A DNA stretch of 64,000 bases from a bacterium (GTDB lineage: Bacteria; Zhuqueibacterota; Zhuqueibacteria; Residuimicrobiales; Residuimicrobiaceae): contig DAOLSP010000018.1 of the NCBI GenBank assembly GCA_035419245.1, positions 130 to 64,129 of the forward strand, written 5' to 3'. Both the position numbers and the translations under genes were made by a program. Shown here piece after piece: positions 54,508-64,000 of this stretch. A model generated the notes under the pieces. That model had not been told where the DNA came from. It did no database searches and saw only the letters and a program-made list of their open reading frames with translations. Position 1 is the first letter of the stretch, and each line of letters begins with the position of its first letter.

Positions 54508-56619
54508 ATGAAACCGCAGAGTGTGATCGCTACAGGCCGAAGGGGCCTTTGCCTGCTTCTTACCCTGACCGGTCTGTCCTTCGCGGCCGGAACCCCGGTC
54601 TGGTGGGATAATCCCAAGGGACTGCCCAACTGGACCAAAACCGAGGCCACGGGCACCGCCTCCAACACCGGCCCCCAGGCCCAGTACATCATCGCCAAGA
54701 TCGATGTGCCCAATACCTACCGCGAGAATTACTCCAAGTATGTTTGGGCCCAAGTGGAGTGGAGCCTGGTCAACGGCACCGGCAAATTCATGACCGGCTT
54801 CACCGATCACCTGATCAAATGGCTCAACAGTGTCGAGCAGTGCCCGCCCACGCCCGAGACGGAGTATCCCGAACCGGACGGCTATGGCTTTATGAAATGT
54901 GAAGGCGATTTTGTCCCTGAATTTGGCTTCGCCAACGGCTACGAACTCTCCTACACCAAGATCACCCCGCAGCCGGCCTGCGAGCGTCTTGAGGTCCGGT
55001 TCGAGGTCGGACCCAACAGCCGCATCGATTACCGGGTCGAGATCCAGACGGTCTGCATCAACTGGGATTTCGGCGACGCCCCGGATCCCACCTATCCGAC
55101 TCTGTTAAAGAACAATGGCGCGCGCCACATCATCACAGCCGATTGCTTTCTCGGCACAGCCATCGACAAGGAGGAAAATGGCCAGCCCAATGCCGATGCC
55201 AGCGGCGATGACCTCAACGGCGATGATGAGGACGGCGTCATCTTTGCGGAGCCCGATCATCTCACTCAGGGCAGTCCGTCCGCTCTCACCGTCACCGCCT
55301 CGAAGGCCGGCTGGCTCAATGCCTGGGTTGACTTTAATGGTAACGGCAGCTGGGCGGAAGCCGGCGAGCAAGTCTTTGCCGGGGTTGCGCTACAGGCTGG
55401 CGCCAATACCTTGAATTTCACCATTCCTGCAGAAGCCAAGGTCGGAGTTACCTTCGCCCGCTTCCGGTTCGGCACGGATCGGACGCTCTCGTTCACCGGC
55501 CCGGCGGGTGACGGCGAGGTTGAAGATTATCCGATCACCATCCTCCCGGCTGAGTACGACTTCGGCGATGCTCCCGATCCTTTATTCCCGACCCTGCTCG
55601 CCAGTGACGGCGCCCGCCACCGCCTCGGCAATCTGCGCCTCGGTAAGCTCATCGATGCGGAACCCGATGGCCTCCAGTCTGCCGATGCCAAAGGGGATGA
55701 TGCCGACAGCCTGGCCGATGAGGATGGCGTGGTCTTTGACGAGAAGAGCCTGATCACCGGCCACAAGGGATCGGTGGTGGTGACGGCTTCCTCTCCGGGT
55801 TTTCTTAACGCCTGGATCGATTTCAACGACAACGGCCACTGGAGCGAGGCCGGGGAACAAATATTCAAGGATAAGATCCTCAACGCCGGCGAGAATGCCC
55901 TGAGCTTCTACATTCCGGATACCGCCAAGACCCGGGCTGTGTGCGCCCGGTTCCGTTTCAATTCAACCGGCAAACTTGAACCTGCCGGGGCCGCCGAAGA
56001 CGGCGAGGTCGAGGATTACAAGATCCGCCTCGACGTCCCTGTCGAATTGTCCTCTTTCACAGCAAGAATCCAGGCCGGGGCGGTGGTGCTCGAATGGGTG
56101 ACCCGTTCCGAGACCGAGAATCTCGGTTTCCATCTCTTCCGCGCCGAGGGTTCAGGCGAGTTCGCCCAGATCACCGCAAGACTGATCGACGGGGCCGGCA
56201 CCAGCTCCGGCACCCACACCTACAGCTATGCGGATGAAGCGGTCGAGCCCGGGAAGACCTACCGCTACAAGCTGGCAGACCTTGACCGCAGCGGCCATCT
56301 GCAGTTCGGCGCGCCGGTCGAGATCACCGTGGCGGCGCCGAGTGACTTTGATCTGGGGCAGAATTATCCCAATCCCTTCAATCCCACGACCATCATTCCC
56401 TTCAAGCTGAAAAATGCCGGCTTTGTCTCGCTGGATATTTTCAACATGAAGGGCCAGCTGGTGCGCTCGCTCGTCCGGCGGGCTCTGCCCGCGGGATCGC
56501 ATGCGGTGGTATGGGACGGCTGTGACGCAAAGGGCAGCGCGCTCCCGAGCGGTTCCTACATCTATAAACTGAAGACCGCCGGTTTCGAGCACGCCCGGCG
56601 GATGGAATATATTAAATAA
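54508..56619 (+). CDS. Secreted GEVED-motif repeat protein with a T9SS C-terminal sorting domain.
   Basis: Signal peptide, repeated FGDAPDP...GDGEVEDYPITI / EDGEVEDYKIRL modules, C-terminal GQNYPNPFNPTTIIPFKL...GSYIYKL. RBS GGGAGGAG precedes the Met at 54508. Confidence 0.7.
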   Translation: MKPQSVIATGRRGLCLLLTLTGLSFAAGTPVWWDNPKGLPNWTKTEATGTASNTGPQAQYIIAKIDVPNTYRENYSKYVWAQVEWSLVNGTGKFMTGFTDHLIKWLNSVEQCPPTPETEYPEPDGYGFMKCEGDFVPEFGFANGYELSYTKITPQPACERLEVRFEVGPNSRIDYRVEIQTVCINWDFGDAPDPTYPTLLKNNGARHIITADCFLGTAIDKEENGQPNADASGDDLNGDDEDGVIFAEPDHLTQGSPSALTVTASKAGWLNAWVDFNGNGSWAEAGEQVFAGVALQAGANTLNFTIPAEAKVGVTFARFRFGTDRTLSFTGPAGDGEVEDYPITILPAEYDFGDAPDPLFPTLLASDGARHRLGNLRLGKLIDAEPDGLQSADAKGDDADSLADEDGVVFDEKSLITGHKGSVVVTASSPGFLNAWIDFNDNGHWSEAGEQIFKDKILNAGENALSFYIPDTAKTRAVCARFRFNSTGKLEPAGAAEDGEVEDYKIRLDVPVELSSFTARIQAGAVVLEWVTRSETENLGFHLFRAEGSGEFAQITARLIDGAGTSSGTHTYSYADEAVEPGKTYRYKLADLDRSGHLQFGAPVEITVAAPSDFDLGQNYPNPFNPTTIIPFKLKNAGFVSLDIFNMKGQLVRSLVRRALPAGSHAVVWDGCDAKGSALPSGSYIYKLKTAGFEHARRMEYIK

Positions 56620-56632
56620 GGTTTCCCCTAAG

Positions 56633-56672
56633 GCGCTGCTGCCAGTGCCCCCACCACTGTGCAGCAGCGCCT
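56633..56672 (+). terminator. Strong stem-loop immediately after the GEVED gene stop: 11-bp stem GGCGCTGCTGC/GCAGCAGCGCC with an 18-nt loop. No U-tract follows.
   Basis: Perfect inverted repeat read from the sequence, 14 nt downstream of the TAA. Confidence 0.35.
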
Positions 56673-57133
56673 CCCCCCTTCGTCCCTGTCGATCCCTTCT
56701 TCTAAGGTACGCCGTCTTCGGGCTGCAAGGGCAAGATACGCCTCGCGATGCGGTATTTGCTTGCTTTTCACCGCCTCCCTGGTTAAATTGGACGCAAACC
56801 GGAGCTGCGCCTGCTCTCCATCCCCTGGCAGGCATGACCGCCAACCGGTTGAAGAAAGGCGTCCAGAGCGAAATGCGTACTCATACGCTGCTCGTTTCAA
56901 GTCTTATCTTATCGGTGCCTGGACACGCCCCAGATCATTCCGGAAGATGCTGATGAAATCTTGCGGCGCCATGGAAACGTGGCTCGCCGCGGGCTGTGAG
57001 CGTTCATCGACAGCGTCTGTCTCGAACTGCATACCTCGATCTTCAAGAACAAATCCAACGCCATTCCGCCGGAGTGGTGGCCGGCGATGAAGCGATTTTT
57101 GAAACGGATGGGATACCGCAACAGGGAGAGAAT

Positions 57134-58408
57134 ATGAAGAAGATCCCGCGACGTGAGTTTATCCGGCAGACCGCCCAATGGACGGCGGGACTGGCTTTCA
57201 GCGGACTGGCGGGCTGCAAAGGAAGGACGAAGATCGATTCCCGCGGCATATCGGCAAAGGTCCCGATGCCGATCCAGATCGTGATCGATGACGTGGGCTG
57301 GTGGTCGGGCGAGGATGGCAGCGCCCGTCAGGAGCCCTATCGAACCGGCATAAGGCGCCATCATGTCCCGGCGGATTACCAGGCCATAGCCGATCTGGGC
57401 AAAACGCTGGGTGTGCGGCCGCAAGCCGCGACGATTCTCTGCGAATGGGACCGGCATAATATTCTGCGCGAGGTTCCGACCAGCACCTGGATGCGCGAGA
57501 AATGGGATAACCGTAAATGGGTGGGACCCTGGCTGGAAGAGGCCGCCGATATCATCCGCAGCAACACGCGCCATATTGAACTGACCCTGCACGGCCTCGG
57601 ACATGAGTACTGGGCCGACCGCCACTTCACCCGGGCCGAATGGGCCGACCGGAGCGGCCGCATGCGGCCGCTGGACCAAGTCGAACGCCACCTCGACTAT
57701 TACGCCCGTCTGCTCGAGCAAAACCAACTCGGCCCCTTTCCCAAATCCTTCGTCCCCACTGCCTTCCTGCATGGCTTCGGCCCGGCTCCGGGTGAAACGG
57801 TGAGCATGGCCCAAGTGCTCAAGCAGCGCGGCATCACCTATATCAACACCCCTTTCAGCACGATGGCCAACGCCGGGGCAGTGCAGTTCGCGGTTTTGGG
57901 TGTCGATAACGGAGTGATGACGGTCGATCGCGGGGAGGATCTCTTTGACTGGGATGTCATCGGCGGCACCCCGGCGAACCGGATAAGCGGCCCGACCTGC
58001 GGCATGCATTGGCCGAACCTGCTGCACGAGGACCCGGCGCGCAATGGGGAGGTGGTGGAGGGCTGGGTGCGCTATCTCGCGGATTTCAATACCGGCGTGG
58101 AGACTCTGCTGGCCCCCGACTCCACCTTCTTCCAGCAGCAGCTGGCGCATCATGTGGGCACGGCGGTTGCGCTCAAAGGGCCCTTAATTGATCTGGATTT
58201 CGGCGCCATCCGGCCGGTGCCGGAGGCCCTTGCCGGCCGGCGTTTCATCCTAAAAATCAGCAGCCCGGTCCGGTTGCGTTTCAGCCCCAATCAAATCCGA
58301 GTGCTGGAGGAATCCAGTAAAACGGAAAAGGATCAATTCGTTTACACGCTCAGCCTCGAACGGCTCCCCGGATCAGCGACGGCAAGAGTCGGCCTCGAAG
58401 CGGCCTGA
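57134..58408 (+). CDS. Tat-signal secreted protein of unknown function.
   Basis: Twin-arginine signal MKKIPRREFIRQTAQWTAGLAFSGLAGC, RBS GGGAGAG. The remainder has no recognised catalytic motif. The ORF track starts at 56996. Confidence 0.45.
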   Translation: MKKIPRREFIRQTAQWTAGLAFSGLAGCKGRTKIDSRGISAKVPMPIQIVIDDVGWWSGEDGSARQEPYRTGIRRHHVPADYQAIADLGKTLGVRPQAATILCEWDRHNILREVPTSTWMREKWDNRKWVGPWLEEAADIIRSNTRHIELTLHGLGHEYWADRHFTRAEWADRSGRMRPLDQVERHLDYYARLLEQNQLGPFPKSFVPTAFLHGFGPAPGETVSMAQVLKQRGITYINTPFSTMANAGAVQFAVLGVDNGVMTVDRGEDLFDWDVIGGTPANRISGPTCGMHWPNLLHEDPARNGEVVEGWVRYLADFNTGVETLLAPDSTFFQQQLAHHVGTAVALKGPLIDLDFGAIRPVPEALAGRRFILKISSPVRLRFSPNQIRVLEESSKTEKDQFVYTLSLERLPGSATARVGLEAA

Positions 58409-58462
58409 CCCCCCCGCAAGATCGCTCAGGGCCTTTCACGGATCGTAACAAGGAGAACCACC

Positions 58463-59683
58463 ATGAAACGATGCCTTCCCATCCTCCTCGTCTTTTCCCT
58501 CCTGATCCCCCTGCGCGCCCAGGAGCGCCGCGATCGCGCGGTGTTCGAGGTGCGCCGGGATGCGAAGCTCGACTCGATTTCGGCTGCCCTGCAAAAGGCC
58601 AAACCGCCCCGCGAACCGAAAAAGGTAATGCAGCTCGATTTCTCGACGATTGCCGCGCCCGCCTCCGTCGCGGAGTTCAAGAGCGTCTGGCATTTGCCGC
58701 CGATCCTGCAAGGCCTCTCGGGTATGTGCTGGTGTTTCTCGACGACCTCGATGCTCGAATCGGAGGTCTACCGCCAGAGCGGGCGCAAGATCGACCTTTC
58801 CGAGCTCTACACGGTCTACTGGGAGCATGTCGAAAAGGCGCGCGAGTTTGTGCGCAGCCGCGGCCAGAGCTTTCACGGCGAGGGCTCGGAGGCCAATGCG
58901 GTCTTCCGCATCTGGAAAAAGTACGGCTGCGTCCCGGCGGCCGCTTACACCGGGCTCAGGTCGGGTGCGATCTATCACAACCACGAAAACACCCTTTTCC
59001 CCGAGATCCATGCCTACCTCGAGAGCGTCAAATCCACCAACAGCTGGAATGAAGAGGCCGTCGTCGCCACGGTGCGCGCCATTCTCGACCATTACCTCGG
59101 CGCGCCGCCGGCAACCGTCACGGCCGACGGGGCTGTCTACACCCCTCAGGAGTATCTCGCCAAAGTGGTGCGGATCAATCCCGATGACTATGTCGATCTG
59201 CTTTCGCTGATGGAAAAGCCCTGGTATGCGAGGGTGGAGTACGAGGTGCCGGACAACTGGTGGCATAACGCCGACTACTACAATGTCCCGCTTGACGATT
59301 TCATGGCCGTCATTAAAAGCGCCATCCGCAAGGGCTATTCGATCGAGATCGGCGGGGATATGAGCGAGCCCGGCTACTCGCGCGGCGTCGCTGGTATGGC
59401 GGTGGTCCCCTCCTGGGACATCCCCTCGGCCTACATCGATAACGCGGCGCGCCAGTTCCGCTTCAGCAACGGCACCACCGCCGATGACCATGGCCTGCAC
59501 CTGGTCGGCTTTGTGGAGAAGGAGGGAAAAGACTGGTATCTGGTCAAGGACTCGTGGAGTTCGGCTTACAACAGCAGTCATCCCGGCTACTATTTCTTTC
59601 ACGAAGATTATGTACGGCTGAAGATGCTTGGCTGCACCCTGCACAAGGATGCCGCCAAAGAGGTGCTGGCTAAATTCAAATAG
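58463..59683 (+). CDS. Secreted C1-family (papain-like) cysteine peptidase, aminopeptidase-C/bleomycin-hydrolase-like.
   Basis: Signal peptide MKRCLPILLVFSLLIPLRAQ. Active-site Cys region QGLSGMCWCFSTTSMLES. His region HGLHLVGFVEKEGKDWYLVKDSWSS. Confidence 0.7.
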   Translation: MKRCLPILLVFSLLIPLRAQERRDRAVFEVRRDAKLDSISAALQKAKPPREPKKVMQLDFSTIAAPASVAEFKSVWHLPPILQGLSGMCWCFSTTSMLESEVYRQSGRKIDLSELYTVYWEHVEKAREFVRSRGQSFHGEGSEANAVFRIWKKYGCVPAAAYTGLRSGAIYHNHENTLFPEIHAYLESVKSTNSWNEEAVVATVRAILDHYLGAPPATVTADGAVYTPQEYLAKVVRINPDDYVDLLSLMEKPWYARVEYEVPDNWWHNADYYNVPLDDFMAVIKSAIRKGYSIEIGGDMSEPGYSRGVAGMAVVPSWDIPSAYIDNAARQFRFSNGTTADDHGLHLVGFVEKEGKDWYLVKDSWSSAYNSSHPGYYFFHEDYVRLKMLGCTLHKDAAKEVLAKFK

Positions 59684-59860
59684 TACAAGGATGCAGACGA
59701 TAAAAGCCCGGGTCCCTCCGGACCCGGGCTTGCCTCGATCTCACCCGCGCGGCTCTGTCGCACGCGCGCACTTCGGTCCCACTTGAGCGCTTCGGTCCTA
59801 CCCGGTCCGGTTCAGCTCGTTCCGTTTCGGGTGTCCGCCAGAAAGCGGGGCTGGTACGCA

Positions 59861-60952
59861 TCAGAGCGAGAAGGCCACGCCTCGCTGCGCGCCGATGCTC
59901 TTGAGGATCTCGTAAACCTTCTCCTCCAGCGGCACGCCCTCCTGCTTGTGCTTTTCGAAGAGCTCATACTCCTTTTCGCCGTGGATGAAGATCCGGTTGG
60001 CGCCATCGGCCTTGGCCGAAGCCTTGAGCCGGTCGATGAAATCGTCCATCTTGTCCTGAAAAATCTCCAACTCGACAAAATTTTCAATCCGGAGGGCCAT
60101 GAAAAAGTGAGCCACCTCGGCCGGCTGGTTTTCTCCATGCGGACCCTTGCTGTCGACCCTATCGCCATAGGCCCCGCCCGAGAGGACGCCGCAGAGGATG
60201 TCGACTAGCACGGCCATGCCGTAGCCCTTGTAGCCGCTGAAGAGTTCGCCTGCGCCGCCGAGGGGGAGGATGCCGCCGCCTGCACGGCTGGTCATGTTTT
60301 TCAGCACCTCGGCGGCGCTGGTGGTCACCCGGCCCTCGGCATCCACCGCCCAGCCCTGCGGCAGCGCCTTGCCGAGGCGATCATAGACCTCGAGCTTGCC
60401 GCGCGGCACCACCGCGGTGGCCATGTCGAGGAAGAAGGGGCGGTTGCGCCTGGTTGGCGCGGTCAGGGAGATCGGGTTGGTGCCGATGATCATTTCCTTG
60501 CCGAAAGTGGGCACAACCAGGGGGGCGGAGTTGGTCATCGAGATCCCGAGGAGTCCCGCCTCGAGCATCATCTGGCTGTAGTAGCCGGCGATGCCGTAGT
60601 GGTTGGAGTTGCGCACCGTGACCACCCCGACGCCGCTCTGCCTGGCCTTGGCGATGGCCAACTCCGTGGCGAAGTGGGCAACCACCTGGCCGAGACCGGC
60701 GTGGCCGTCGATTGTGGCCGTGGAGGGCGCCTCGCGGACGATCTCGGGCGCTGCCAGCGGCAGGATCGTGCCGTTGATCATCCCGTCGACATAGCGTTTC
60801 AGACGGGCCACACCGTGTGAGGGTATGCCGCGCAGGTCGGCTAGAACCAGGTTTTCAGCGCAGATATGGGCTTGGTCCGGCGCGACCCCGAAGGTCTGAA
60901 AAACCGCCTGCACGAACTGGAGGAGCTTTTGATCGTTGACGATGATGGACAT
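59861..60952 (-). CDS. Ldh_2 family (malate/L-lactate/sulfolactate-type) NAD(P)-dependent dehydrogenase.
   Basis: LADLRGIPSHGVARLKRYVDGM and the overall Ldh_2 (YlbC-like) pattern, 363 aa. Confidence 0.7.
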   Translation of the reverse strand: MSIIVNDQKLLQFVQAVFQTFGVAPDQAHICAENLVLADLRGIPSHGVARLKRYVDGMINGTILPLAAPEIVREAPSTATIDGHAGLGQVVAHFATELAIAKARQSGVGVVTVRNSNHYGIAGYYSQMMLEAGLLGISMTNSAPLVVPTFGKEMIIGTNPISLTAPTRRNRPFFLDMATAVVPRGKLEVYDRLGKALPQGWAVDAEGRVTTSAAEVLKNMTSRAGGGILPLGGAGELFSGYKGYGMAVLVDILCGVLSGGAYGDRVDSKGPHGENQPAEVAHFFMALRIENFVELEIFQDKMDDFIDRLKASAKADGANRIFIHGEKEYELFEKHKQEGVPLEEKVYEILKSIGAQRGVAFSL

Positions 60953-60966
60953 GGGGACCTCCCGAT

Positions 60967-63669
<2,703 letters not shown>

Positions 63670-63701
63670 GGGCTTTCCTTTCACTTGGCAAAACCAGGCT
63701 C

Positions 63702-64000
63702 TTATGAGTTACTCTGGTGAAAGTGTGTTTGGTTCAGGATGATCAGTACGACCAGGCGTTTGGGGCCGTGGGCGCCGAGGATCAGGATCTTTTCGATGTC
63801 CGCGGTGCGGCTGGGGCCGGTGATCATCACCATATCGCGGATTGCAGCCGCATCCGGCCTCGCCGTCAGCGCCTGCAGATGCGGCACCAGCCGCTCAGCC
63901 GGCAGCAGCACATAGAGGGTCTCCGGAAGCACCGCGGCCCAGCGCGAACGCGCCGCGTCATGGCGGAGCACGCAGGTGGCCGTGTCCGCAATGCCGAAAT
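63702..64000 (-). CDS. LUD-domain (LutC/YkgG-like) protein, C-terminal fragment; the gene continues beyond the window end.
   Basis: ...[28 protein letters not shown] resembles the C-terminus of lactate-utilisation LutC/YkgG proteins. The ORF is open to the window edge. Confidence 0.5.
   Translation of the reverse strand, partial: FGIADTATCVLRHDAARSRWAAVLPETLYVLLPAERLVPHLQALTARPDAAAIRDMVMITGPSRTADIEKILILGAHGPKRLVVLIILNQTHFHQSNS

Overview
This 64 kb window is high-GC bacterial DNA. Four secreted proteins end in a T9SS C-terminal sorting domain (NYPNPFNPTT-like), which suggests an FCB-group-like organism, but the phylum cannot be called from sequence alone. No rRNA, tRNA or CRISPR arrays were seen.

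Notable content:
- **1-19 kb, polysaccharide locus.** A polyprenyl-phosphate sugar-transferase-like protein with an odd duplicated membrane domain, an outer-membrane beta-barrel protein, a Wzc/GumC-type BY-kinase co-polymerase, further secreted, lipoprotein and outer-membrane-like proteins, and an ABC exporter.
- **Peptide-modification cassette inside that locus.** Directly coupled to the Wzc gene (TGATG overlap) is an HPr-kinase-related P-loop protein, a radical-SAM/SPASM enzyme, a PqqD-like RRE protein and a 57-aa Cys-containing precursor peptide with a PqqA-like leader (QWKKPEL), missed by the ORF track. A third paralogous rSAM/SPASM enzyme follows, with a soluble S24/S26-type peptidase, a YkgJ-type Cys-cluster protein and a GNAT.
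- **Second copy of the cassette at 23.0-25.4 kb, minus strand.** An HprK-like gene, an rSAM/SPASM gene and a second precursor peptide with the same leader are followed by an arginase/deacetylase-fold (UPF0489-like) gene and a SAM methyltransferase. This duplicated HprK-like/rSAM/PqqA-like-peptide system, partly wired into exopolysaccharide genes, is the main candidate for a new system.
- **Bacteriocin-like locus at 34.6-38.9 kb.** Two tandem double-glycine-leader peptides, a candidate immunity protein, a membrane protein, a C39-peptidase ABC exporter and an AraC-HTH protein sit next to an IS200/RAYT-like HuH transposase-family gene.
- **Other genes.** An orphan propeller-type sensor histidine kinase, hldE-like, miaA, mutL, radC, a PLD-family protein, stomatin/NfeD, efp, an RNA m5U methyltransferase with a repeat tail, a GH2 glycosidase, a GEVED-type T9SS protein, a C1 peptidase, an Ldh_2 dehydrogenase, aconitase and a LUD-domain fragment at the window edge.
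- **Possible pseudogenes or sequencing errors.** Two genes show homopolymer-associated frameshifts (about nt 143 and 19899-19902), and an A6 run at the rSAM/PqqD junction produces an odd 125-nt overlap.
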